64,000 nucleotides of DNA from the NCBI RefSeq assembly GCF_006345805.1, contig NC_043005.1, forward strand, positions 33,790,001 through 33,854,000, read 5' to 3'. Positions within the stretch are counted from its first letter, which is position 1. Every line of letters starts with the position of its first letter. This document shows positions 49,868-62,115 of the stretch, one piece after another. The notes beneath the pieces were generated by a model that was not told where the DNA came from, ran no database searches, and saw only the letters and a program-made list of their open reading frames with translations. Source of the DNA: Octopus sinensis (lineage: Eukaryota). A program made the translations under genes and the position numbers.

Positions 49868-51508
49868 CTGTAATAAAGAATTGTATATTTACACTGTGAT
49901 GAATCATGCCTTACACTGTGATTAAGCGTGTTAATCACAGAGGAAAGAAAGTATTTAGTTATCGATTTAGCATTTATTTATTACATGTAGCAAATCATTG
50001 CGAACTAATAGCCTTCGATTGATTGTGTGACTCTGAACTTTGACCTTTACAACTGCACTTTGAGATGCTATTCATAAAGTGAATCTCCCCAGCACGAAAT
50101 AATCTCGCGTTGTATCCTTGTACCAAACAATTTGAGTACGAAAGACTGATTTGGCAGTTAAAGAGTCTTTGTAACATTTTGACAGATTTACATTGTTACA
50201 AAATCTTTACCCAATCTTTTCTGTCTTTTTATCCATACTTGTATAGATTTTTTACTTATCTGTAGACTAATCTATCTAGTTTATAGATATATTTTAGTAC
50301 TTAACAATCGTTTTATTGTTCCACTTTGCAACCATCTCTATGTCGTCTACGATGTCAAAAAATAAGCTTTGTACTATGGACGTCTCTAATGGACACCAGC
50401 AGAGTCAGTTCATACGTAGCTCTACGGGAGTTTCCGAGATATTGTTTTCTAAAACTTCGGGGTTTTTTCTTTCAGAATGTGATATAAAATATTTAATACA
50501 TTTTAAGTGTAAGGGACTATCATAGGAAACAATAATAAAGCAGATAGCAGTCTCTCCTTGTGATATTAGCGATAGAATACAGAGAAGACATACTTCATCG
50601 AACATCAGGATATTCACCGAAATACTTTTGACTGTTCTCTGCTTCGTGTATCAGCGTGTTCAAAGTTTATACAATTTAATATATGCATATAAGTTGATAT
50701 GATTTAATAATACATTTAAGAAAAAAATAATAGAGAAAAGAACCTGGTGAAGGAGAAAGAAAAATAGCGCAAGAGAGCGAGAGCAAAAGGGAGAGAGAGA
50801 AAAAAAACATGTTTTTAGCAGCTTGTCGATTCCAATTATGGTTTCTTGAGAGTTTCTCCTCAGTATTGATTTAGTGAAGACTTGTGGGATCTTTTCTGTT
50901 TGACTGCACCGGTGGAAATCTTAAAATTTAGTGAAAATTTTAAAATTTGGTGTATTGATGTAATTTTCCACGCAAATTCCCAAGCGCTAATTCACTTTTT
51001 CCAGAAAAAATTTTTTTAAAGTTACAGAGGTTTAAGATTTGATCATTTTTACCCAGTCAGAAAACAGGATTTGGAAGGTGTCATTTTGTGCGTGACTGCG
51101 CGTGTTGTCAACTGTAAATAAAAGAAATATTGACGAAATTCTGCTTTACATACGCCATATAATCCCTCGCAACTCTTTTATCTTTTTGAATTTTCTGAAA
51201 ATCTTTGCGAATTTGTATTCTACACACGGGAATGCATGCGACTACGCAAAAAAAAAAATGAATTTCATGTCAATGATTACCATACACCAAATATGAAATC
51301 AATTGAAACAAAAATTGAAGAAATTGAAAAGTGGCTGTCAAACAAAAGATCCGACTTGTACTCCCTTGTTTAAAGATAGGCACCTTCAATTTCGACAAAA
51401 AAAATTGCACATACAAACACACACATAAACACAAATATAGACAATCATACATAGACATACGCATGCACACATGCTGTACATGCGCAAACAAATTATAAAG
51501 AATCTTAC

Positions 51509-51716
51509 TTTTAAAAACCGTTTCATTATTCTTGACGTTTTTGGTAATGAGAATTCAGCTTGTTTCACCGAGAATTTTTGAGGAGGAACCGGACATTTAT
51601 GGACAACTCCGTTATTATCGAACATTTTCTTTATAGTCTGAGAAATTGGCCCCATCAGCCCACCATAATCATATTTCTCCATTTCGTTCAGAACTGTGCA
51701 ACTATCCGGGTAGGTA
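51509..51716 (-). CDS. GM2A: GM2-activator-like protein, internal exon
   Basis: Acceptor tttgtttttag; 208 nt; (C)TYPDSCTVLNEMEKYDYGG...HKCPVPPQKFSVKQAEFSLPK; donor AAA|GTAAGA; the split codon TG|T gives the conserved Cys. Confidence 0.85.
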
Positions 51717-52371
51717 CTAAAAACAAAAAAAAAAAAGAATACAAAATTTTGAAGGAACATTAAAATTTAAGTCTTACTGATGACGAAGATAATCTGTTAG
51801 AGTAACGAACAAATTTCTCAAATCACACTTGTTCCCTTTAAAAACAAATGAGGATACATTCAATAGCGTAATCCTAGACATGGCATGTAGCAGATAGTCT
51901 TCTTCGAACTCGAACCAGAAATGTTTAAGATAGAAAGCCAAAACTACTGGCAAATAATATTACTATATTTAGATAGATAATAGCTATTGACGAATAGTAA
52001 CACTATATTTAATATCTAGCCAATCATCTATGGCATCATTTTGTGATAGGTGGGGACAGCAAAAAAAGTTTTTCTCGCTTAAAGGCCTTACGGGACATTC
52101 TTGAATGCTTTGGCGAGTTCTAAACACCTTGGTCATGTATCTCTTGATCTGCGTTTCATAAGATGATTTTTTAGCGTCCAACTTTCTCTTAGAGATTATT
52201 CCAATAGTAACTGTTAACTTTGTTCTAATTTCTTCGAAATATATCAGTTTTTATTTTTCATCAATTTCGTTATTTCTTGAATCACTCACATAACATATAT
52301 TTAACAAATTGTAATTATGGGTATCAAAAATATTTAGTGCTGCAGGAACGTATGTGTGGTAAGTAGCTTGC

Positions 52372-52955
52372 TTACCAACCACAAACGATCAGCGGAAGTG
52401 TCCGAGATGCGAACAGAGTGACGAAACCGTTCTGCACGCATTTGTTCACTATTCGAGTATTACTGATTTGTGGAGTTATGTCAGCTGTTATTGCATGTGA
52501 GATGAATCGACTATCGGCCGAATCCATCTTGAGGATCGCCCCACCACCCAATTTTAACAAGACAGGCCAGGCGGTGTTCCTCTGTCTAGTGGTTGTGACG
52601 AAAGAGGTTTATGTTGGATGGGGCTAAAAGGATTTTAAGGAAAGTGAGGGTGGAGAGGGAAGTACTACCTCTCATTGAATTTTTGAACAGAAGGGTGACC
52701 GTGGCAAAAAGGGCTAGTGTCTGAGTATGCACCCGTAGATTGGATAGCAATATTTGGGCGAGGTCTTGTGCCTTTGGTGGTCAGGGTAATTCTAGATCTG
52801 TGGAGTTCCTTGATTGGCTCTAGTTGGATTTTCTCCATTATCGCATTTCCATTTCCATTATCTTTCCATTTCCATCTCCTCATCTTTTATGTAAATCCCT
52901 ACACAAATTGTTGTCTGTTCCTCTGATATCTCCCTCGTCTATGCCCCTGTGGCAA
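52372..52955 (+). mobile_element. L1/Tx1-type LINE 3' fragment
   Basis: KCPRCEQSDETVLHAF motif; 3' end gcccctgtggcaaatgaaagaaatt(att)n. Confidence 0.75.
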
Positions 52956-53002
52956 ATGAAAGAAATTATTATTATCATTATCATCATCATCATCATCATT
53001 AT

Positions 53003-53216
53003 TAAGGCGGTGAGCTGGCAGAATCGTTAGCGCGCCGGGCGAAATGCCTAGCGGTATTTCGCCGGTCTTTACGTTCTGAATTTAAATTCCGTCGAGGTCA
53101 ACTTCACCTTTCATCCTTTCTGGGTCGATAAATTAAGTACCAGTCAAGTGCTGGGGTTGATGTAATCGACTATCCCTTTCCCCAAAATTTCAGACCTCGT
53201 GCCTATAATAGAAAGG

Positions 53217-53217
<1 letters not shown>
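53003..53217 (+). mobile_element. SINE-B monomer in a GM2A intron
   Basis: aaggcggtgagctggcagaatcgttagc...ctataatagaaagg(att)n. Confidence 0.88.
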
Positions 53218-53264
<47 letters not shown>

Positions 53265-53348
53265 TTCATTATTATTATTGAAAGATTTAGAAACTGATTG
53301 AAAAAAAAACAGAAGTCCGAGTTCAATGAGAATTACTGAGAACCTTAC

Positions 53349-53538
53349 CAGGAGCCAAAATTGGTGATGCAGGGAACAGGTAAGTCAATAAAGCCCAGTT
53401 TCTTTACTTTTATCTCAATTCTGGAGGAGTTCAATGTCTGAGTGGTTTCTTCATCAATATCGACATAAAATTTACCTGGCGATTTCAGTGGGGTCGGCCA
53501 TATTTTTAGATTTTTTATTTTTATCACTTTAGATTTTC
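53349..53538 (-). CDS. GM2A: GM2-activator-like ML-domain protein, internal exon
   Basis: Acceptor ttgttaatttcag; 190 nt; KSKVIKIKNLKIWPTPLKSPGKFYVDID...LPVPCITNFGS(C), matching GM2A IxxLxxxPxPxxxPG and IPCxxxxGSC; donor TG|GTAAGG. Confidence 0.85.
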
Positions 53539-54376
53539 CTGAAATTAACAAAAGACAACATAGTGAAATAAATGCCATGAATAAACACCATGTTTCACGC
53601 AAATATAACCAAGATAAAAATGAAATAGTTACAATGAAGACTGGTTAGAGCTTCAGATTAAAATGTTTTGTAGTTTTCGGTTACGTATTTTTTACGGACT
53701 GTGTTTTATTTTCGTTTTATCCATTTTGTCCCTTTCATCTTCCTAAGACGGATAACATGAAGTACCAATTCTGTACTTTATTCTATCAACGTGATGGTGA
53801 CTGTTGTATCATCAAAATGTATGATTCTGTACCGGGATGAGAAAGCAGATGAAAAAAATATGTAACTGAAATAACAGTTACAACTTTGTTATTCATCACA
53901 TGATACGGTCAATATGTCGTATTAAGAGCTTCAGTATACTTAAAAAAATTAGCAACAAAAGTCTTCTGTTGTAGAATTATTACACAAGAGCATTAGCAAC
54001 AGCAGATGGAAAAATCTTCTGTGTTAAAGTTATTACCCCAGAAGGTAAACCACAGCAGCCGGATTCATAATAATATTACATTTTTTTAAAGTTTTGCATT
54101 TTTGGAAGAGAAAATATAAACCTTCAGCATTCAGGTATTCCCCGAAACAAGGTCATATTTTTAAGAATTCCCCACTTATATATGTGCGTGCATATATCTT
54201 TTACCTTTTACTTGTTTCAGTCATTAGACCAGCGTTTCTGAAACGGAGTTCCCCAGAACCCTAGGTTACCGCAAAAGGTTCCTAGAGGTTCCGCGTAAAA
54301 GAGTGTGATAAGCTAATGTTAATTTCATGATCGTAATATTACTATACATGCACACTATATGTGCATATACATACAT

Positions 54377-54414
<38 letters not shown>

Positions 54415-54418
54415 ATAT

Positions 54419-54482
<64 letters not shown>

Positions 54483-54599
54483 CTTAGATAACTTAGATAA
54501 CTTAAATTGGTTTCGGTCATTATCGGCCCAGGCCCATGACTAACTCAATAGCACCAGCTGGAAAAGTGAAGAAATTGTGTCGCAATGCTCTTATGTGAT

Positions 54600-55450
54600 G
54601 TGATCTCGACCTTTGTAGGGAACGCATTGCACTGGGGGGTCTAGTCTTGGGTGAATTGTAAACATGATACCGATATCATTTGGATAATATTGGTGAAATA
54701 TTTTCTACATGGTACAAATAATGTATCGCTCACGGACGCGTTGCAGAGAATAGAGCTTCAGCTGTTTAAGTCGACCCAAATAATCAAGTCACATCATGCC
54801 ATTTATTGTTTTTGTGATTCATCTTTATGGCGCTTCGATCCTCATTATGTCTTTTTTTTGTGTGTGTAGGGGGACCACAATGGGCAGCAGTATTCAAGGT
54901 GGGGCCTAGCGAATGTGGAGAAGAGAAGGATGATAGTTACATGATCCCTGGATTGGAAAGTTCTGAGGATCCATGAACACATTCTGCGGGCAACATCGAG
55001 TTATTTGTTGATGTGCACACTCCAGATGAGGTTGCTGTCGACAGCTACACCCAAGTCTCTGATATTACCTGACAGTTCATGTAGGTCTCCCGACGGTAGT
55101 GTAGGTGGTTGTTTGAGTGTGCGCTCTCTTCCAAAGTAGATGAGCTCAAATTTTTCTTCGTTCAACTGTATATTGTTTTTTGTGCCTACTGGGTTACTGC
55201 GCATAGGTCCGATTGAAGCATTGTTCGATCATATGCTCCCTTAATGGCTTTCTGGAGCTTAGAGCCATCTGCAAATATTTTAAAAACTGCAGGTGGTATG
55301 AGTTATTTCCCTTGGGTTGTTTAAATAAAATATTAGTAATACGTAGTAGATAGAAGGATCCATTGGAGGAGCCCTATTATCGATTTTTTTCAACAATCTA
55401 AGTATGTCACGAGGTTTCCAGATATGAGTTCTACTCACGTGTCAAGTATC
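54600..55450 (-). mobile_element. CR1-group LINE RT C-terminal fragment
   Basis: KIFADGSKL, LQSDL...W...NNIQLNEEKF, RDLGV..DS.L.W..HI and LEYCCPLWSP motifs. Confidence 0.85.
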
Positions 55451-55489
55451 ATCTAAATCAATAAAACGATGTAGGAGTTAGCTAATAAC

Positions 55490-55533
55490 ACCACAAACAC
55501 ACACACACACCGACCGATTTTCCACATATGTAG

Positions 55534-55583
<50 letters not shown>

Positions 55584-55642
55584 CACACACACATATGTAG
55601 TACACACACACACACACACCGACCGATTTTCCACATATGTAG

Positions 55643-55684
<42 letters not shown>

Positions 55685-55692
55685 TATGTAGT

Positions 55693-55726
<34 letters not shown>

Positions 55727-55835
55727 GTATATGTATATATATATATGTATATATATATATATGTATATGTATATATGTATATGTATATATGTATGTATAT
55801 ATATATATATATTGTGTGTGTGTGATATTTACCAC
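55490..55835. repeat. Compound (CA)/(TA) microsatellite with a tandem duplicated unit
   Basis: accgaccgattttccacatatgtagtacatg occurs twice (about 55510 and 55618). Confidence 0.9.
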
Positions 55836-56129
55836 GTGAACTACGATGAAAAAATTATGATAAAGATAAGGTATACAATTTTTTTGTGTACAGGGATCCT
55901 TTAAGGCGTAATTTATTTTAAGGGTTACGAAAGGGAAAAAAGTTTGAGAAGCACTGTATTAGGCTGTTGGGTCGAATGAATAAACACCAGTTGTTTTTAA
56001 AGCCTGGTACTTATTCTATGGGTCTTTTTGCCGAACCGCTAAGCTACGATAACATAAATATGCTAACAAGGTTGTCAAGCAACGGTTGTATGTATATATG
56101 TACGTATGTCAGGTCACTTTCAAGTTCTA

Positions 56130-56640
56130 CTGGTAACATGTAAGCCAGTACAACCTGTTTCATGGTCGGGTCGTCGGCGACTTACCCGGCAACCCCACCA
56201 AGCTTGCTTGGTGAGGAGGGTATTATTGGACACCCTGCGGGATGAAAAACAAATCCCGTCAAAGGGTGGAGGAACTCTTGAGAGTCAACGGCCATCCAAT
56301 AAATGTCTTAAGGATGTATCATGCGCGGGGACATAGAAATAATCGGACTGAATACCCATTGGGAGTGAAGGACTCCTAGCCTTTGTTAGGGGATCCTTCT
56401 AGGAGAAGGTAACTCAGATAACTGAGACAACTCCGACATAAAACTGCGGCTCAGTGGTTACCGATGATGTTGACTTGTTCTTCTTTTCGGATTATGGCTG
56501 CTGTTGCTTAGTGAGTGGGATTGACTCAGTGCACAGCCTTTCTCACTTAAAAAAAAATCTTCTTACACAGGCATTGCATGATAACCACATTGATTAAGTT
56601 TCGTGCAATGGCCATTTGAAGCCTCTAATCTTCAGTCGGG
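56130..56640 (+). mobile_element. Probable RTE-type LINE 5' UTR remnant
   Basis: GC-rich, hairpin-rich segment of the style seen in RTE 5' UTRs, cut off by (TA)n; family call is from recollection only. Confidence 0.4.
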
Positions 56641-56651
56641 AACCGATCATC

Positions 56652-56685
<34 letters not shown>

Positions 56686-56857
56686 GTGTGTGTGTGTGTG
56701 TATGTATATAGATAAAACTTACTTGGAAGAGAATGCGTGGCGTTCAATCATATAATAATAATATAAATAATATATATGCATATATACAACGTATATGTAC
56801 ATACTTACATCTATACGTATATATATATATATATATATATATACCTTACATCTATAC

Positions 56858-56897
<40 letters not shown>

Positions 56898-56907
56898 ACA
56901 TCTATAC

Positions 56908-56964
<57 letters not shown>

Positions 56965-56985
56965 ATATATACCTTACATCTATAC

Positions 56986-57067
<82 letters not shown>

Positions 57068-57261
57068 TTATGAGGGCAAAGGACGCACGAAACGTGTACA
57101 GCAAAAAATACGAAATACGAGTACATGGAATATGAAATATTTTTTCGAACAACGAAAGACACAAATGGAAAACAAGACAAACAACACAAAGAACGACCCT
57201 TCATCAGTTGTTGGCTGTTTTTCTACTCTCGTATTTCGAGCATATGTATATATATATATAT

Positions 57262-57363
<102 letters not shown>

Positions 57364-58658
57364 TCACCCGTCCATCTCCGCTTAAAATGTTGATGGCCAC
57401 TTGTTTAGGCACTACATTTGTTGTTCATATCTCAATTTAGTCTTCTTTACACATTTGCTCCTTTCACTGAGAGTTTCTTTTTACTACCCCCACAGCTGTC
57501 GCTCACAGCCAAATACCACCTGGTAACATGCTTTTTCCAATGGTTTTAAGGGCTTTCGTTGTTGCCTGCAAACACAGCCACGGTCACTCTCTTGGCCTTC
57601 CTGTCTTGATCCAGTGGAGCATCGAGGGTGTGACTGCTGGTGAGAGGGCTGCACCGGTAATAGGCTTGTACTCATTTTCAACTGAGTACTCTGGAGCAAC
57701 ATGAAATGAGTGTCTTACTTGAACCCACGACCTTATGATATATATACACACACACACGCATACACACACACACGCGCGCACACACACATATACAGCAGCA
57801 GCAACAACAACAACAACAAGCAATAAACAACCAGCCGTCCTATAACATCACGACTACTACTGCAGCTAAACATCACCAATCGCTGCAGGGTTTTCACTAT
57901 TACCACTAAAGTCCATTGTCGAAGCAGCATCACCACTATCATCACAACAATAGCAACAACCATTACTTCTATCACCATCACCATCATCATCAATACCATC
58001 AACATCACCATCAGCATCAACGTCAACACGACCATGTTACTACTACTACTACTACTCCCAGCACCAACAATCCCACTAACGACAACATTGGATATCATCA
58101 CCAGTACACCCCCCCCCACACACACACACGCTTGCACACTCACACACATATGCACTCACATACACACGTTAACGCGTAGACACACGCACCCCACCCTTAC
58201 ACACGCGTGCGCACTATTCTTACTATTTTACGTGTGACTGACATAAGGAGCCAGTGATGTAACAATGCCAAAACAGTTTTCTCACAGAAAGGCCATGCAA
58301 CCAAGCCGTCTTTAATGTTGTCATATCCGGTCTAGTGGTACTCTTCCGGGTTAGTCAGTCAGTGTATAATGTCATGTGAGTGTTTGAAGGTTTATGGCCC
58401 CCAGAGGGGAATGGTAAAAACATTAGACTCACTCACACACACACACACACACACATGCAAACATGAAAAGACACACTCATAATGAAAGAGTGAACGAGAG
58501 AGAGAGACAGAGACAGAGACAGAGACAGAGAGAGACAGAGACAGACAGACAGACAGAGAGAAAGAGAAGGAAATGTCAGAAAAAAGGAGAGGACATACAT
58601 AAGGATGGTACAAGTAAATGCTGGAGGTGTGCTGATGTGTAAACACATATACATGTTG

Positions 58659-58719
<61 letters not shown>

Positions 58720-58727
58720 CGAGAGAC

Positions 58728-58900
58728 GCGCAGGCGTGGCTGTGTAGTACGAAGTTTGCTTCCCTACCACATGCCTTCATGTTCAATCCCACTGCGAGGT
58801 ACCTTGGGTAAGTATCTTCTGCTACAGCCTCAGGCCAACCAAAGCCTTGTGAGCGGATTTTATAGGCGGATTTTATAGGCGGAAACTGAAGAGAAGCCAG

Positions 58901-58905
<5 letters not shown>
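58728..58905 (+). mobile_element. SINE-A head and body
   Basis: gcgtggctgtgtagtacgaagtttgc...gttcaatcccactgcg. Confidence 0.75.
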
Positions 58906-58952
<47 letters not shown>

Positions 58953-59989
58953 CAGATTGGGTTTATTTACATTTCAGAAGAAAAAAAGATACCCTTCTCC
59001 CCATCCCTAACCCTAACCCTAAAACAGATTCAAATGCAATAGATCGATACTAGGGTCATAATTATGGGTGACAATTTCATATGACACCGCTAGAAAAAAC
59101 TGCTGTTCAAACCGAAAAGATCCCTCAATACAAATATAGAGTATTCTTTAATATATTATAGAGGCGCGTCTTTCACAAAGATTTTCAAACGAAAGAATAT
59201 GATAAACCCCACTTGTGTTCATCTTATATGCATGCGTCACATCTGAGACGAACTCTGAAGCGGATCTGCAATTTATATTGCATTTGGTACTTATGTATGT
59301 ATGTATGTATGTATGTATGTATGTATGTATGTATGTATGTATGTATATATGTATGTATGTATGTACATACACATACATGTATATTATATAAACATATTTG
59401 AATCATCACTGTAAAGGATTAAAAACAAGAGTCATCTATGTCTAGAATTACATTCAAGTCAATAGGAGTTTGGATTTTGTCAGTGAGAATCTTAGAGTTT
59501 CTTTAAAGAAACTATTCCAACCTAATCCTAAGAGACTCTACTTGCCTACACACACACACACACACACACACGCGCGCGCGCGCATGTGTGCACACACACG
59601 CATGTGTGCACACACACACACATGGAGGTTGGTGTTAGGAAGAGCATCCAGTCATAGAAACCAAAATAGACATGGAACCTGCGTAGTTCTTCAGCTGGTC
59701 AGCTCCTGTCAAACCATTTGACCCATATCAGCATAGGAAATGGATATTGAATGATGAAGATGATGATTATTATATATCTCCATAACTGTATAGCTAGGGA
59801 TTCCTACTTTCCTACTTACATGTGCAATGCTTGCTTTTCCTGTTTACATATCAACAGTTTTGATCAGTTTAGATTCAGTATTCTTTCTAAGTGGTCAACA
59901 ACTTTATTCAGTAAAATAAACAATGTAAACAACTTAACAATATTTTCAAATGGTTTTTATCTTACCCCACCAAAATTGTTTTTTATCTT

Positions 59990-60331
59990 ACGTTTCAAAA
60001 CAGTTCTTTAAAAAGAATGTATGTATGTATGTATGTATTATGTATGTATGTATGTATGTATGTAGGTAGGTAGGTAGGTACGTAGGTAGGTAGGTAGGTA
60101 GGTAGGTAGGTAGGTAAGTAGGTAGGTAGGTGGGTAGGTAGGTATGTATGTATGTAGGTAGGTAGGTAGATTGGTAGATTGATAGATTTACATACGTAAC
60201 AACATACATACATACATACACAGATACACACATGTAATACACACACACACACATACATACATACATACATACATACATTGCATACATACATACATACATA
60301 CATACATACATACATACATACATACATACAT
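59990..60331. repeat. Compound (TATG)n/(TAGG)n/(CATA)n microsatellite
   Basis: Directly visible. Confidence 0.95.
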
Positions 60332-61555
60332 AAAATACTGACTTGTACATGGTCTTCGTCGATTTAACAAAGGCCTTTGATATAGTGAACCGTTATGCGT
60401 TTGGGAGAATTTTATCAAAAGTTGGTCCTCCTGATAAAATGATTAGGGTAATAGAGAAATTTTACACCTTCATGGTAGCCACTAAAAGCATGTTGGAATT
60501 TCATTGAAAAGAACATGGAATGAAAAGTACAGGAGCTATTACACAGCTTGTTTGGTTCCACTGACAATATAAAACGTCTTTGAATATTGACTGCTAGATA
60601 TCACTGTTGCCATCATTCTTTCGTGCAAAGATACTATTACCCTTATCATTTTATCAGGAGGACCAACTTTTGATAAAATTTTCCCAAACACATCACGGTT
60701 CACTATATCAGAGGCCTTTGTCAAATCGACGAAGACCATGTACAAGTCAGTATTTTACTCATATGTTTTCTCTCGAACTTGCCGAAGAGCAAAAATCATG
60801 TCAATTGTGCCTCTCCTGACCCGAAATCCACATTGGGATCCAGGATATATGCTGTTTACTACCTGCATATTGATGCGGTTAAGAATCACCTTCGCAGCTA
60901 TGCACACACTCTTCTCCCCTTTATTTTTGTACAAATGCATATAGATACATCTTGAAACTGTTGGGGAACAGATCCAGTTTCACAGATCAAACAGATCAAT
61001 TTGCGCAGCTTTCTTACAAGTTGTCTGTCACCATGCTTGTACACTTCTTTGGGAATACTGCCTTGTCCAGGGGCTTCACCTTTGGAAAGTTTTTTTAATA
61101 GCAATACTTATCTCGTCCAGTAGAGGATCTTCCGCAAGTTTTTTGATTATAGGTTTCTGAAGGATTTGATTTCTTCAGGATCGGTAGTCGATTATTGATT
61201 TAATATGAATTTAAAGTGTTCAGCCCGTCTTTTCAGCATTTCATTTTTGTTACTTAAGAGTTTTGACTCGTCGTTAGAAAGAAAAGGCTCCGTACCGCCC
61301 GTTTTTAGACTAAACAATCTTTTATATTGTCATACAATGCTCTCTAGCTGTGAGAGTTAGTAGCCTGTTCCACTTCTTGGGCTTTTTTGCCCACCAAGAA
61401 TTGTTCACCTCACGCAATTCTTTTAGTAGTTTTCTTAGAGGAGATGTATAGGAATCTGAATGATGATGAGTTTTTATTTGAGATCCATGCCTTGTGTCTT
61501 TTGTACATTGTTTCTAGGAGAGGATTGATTTAAGAATCATTCTCATCAAACTAAT
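60332..61555 (-). mobile_element. RTE (BovB-like) LINE RT fragment with an inverted duplication at its left end
   Basis: GEAPGQGSIP, PGSQCGFR...TIDMIFALRQ, VFVDLTKA motifs; 60332-60454 is an inverted copy of 60634-60756. Confidence 0.88.
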
Positions 61556-61559
61556 CTTG

Positions 61560-61562
61560 ATG

Positions 61563-61605
<43 letters not shown>

Positions 61606-61651
61606 ATATAATATATATATATATATGTGCGTGTGTGTGTGAGTGTGTGAG

Positions 61652-61693
<42 letters not shown>

Positions 61694-61709
61694 ATATATA
61701 TTATATATA

Positions 61710-61753
<44 letters not shown>

Positions 61754-61771
61754 ATATATATATATATATAT

Positions 61772-61851
<80 letters not shown>

Positions 61852-61855
61852 ATAA
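61560..61855. repeat. ~300-bp interrupted (TA)n tract
   Basis: Directly visible. Confidence 0.95.
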
Positions 61856-62115
61856 GTAGACAAATGAATTATCTTATTACGGATAATTCGAAAGATAACC
61901 GATACCTGGGTAGCAAACTCACAACAGAAAAAGCACGGTTGAAGTTACGACCATAGGGCATAAACTCCGTGCCTTAGTGCGGAAATTTGAAGTTTAATAT
62001 ATTAAGTATAGGAAAGAATGGAGCTGAACGAAACATATGTCGAAAATAAAATAAAGGAATTTTGTTAAATCTTCGTTCAGCTCCATTCTTTCCTATACTT
62101 TATATATATATATAT

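Larger units (their letters stand above)
54230..55956. mobile_element. hAT-type non-autonomous element carrying a nested CR1 fragment and microsatellites
   Basis: TIRs cagcgtttctgaaac / gtttgagaagcactg; degenerate 8-bp TSD cattagac / tattaggc; splits a SINE-A tail. Confidence 0.6.

Noticed and set aside
50405-50617. 70-aa minus-strand ORF with a signal-peptide-like start inside the last GM2A intron
   Set aside because: No recognisable domain or convincing splice sites; consistent with a chance ORF in AT-rich DNA.
57065-57245. CTGATGA and GAAA motifs on minus in a (TA)n-embedded insert; possible hammerhead
   Set aside because: No stem I can be formed and the U16.1 position is G; the plus-strand alternative has a broken core (CTTATGA).
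59004-59021. (CCCTAA)3 telomere-like motif
   Set aside because: Only three units inside an interspersed repeat; not evidence of a chromosome end or fusion.
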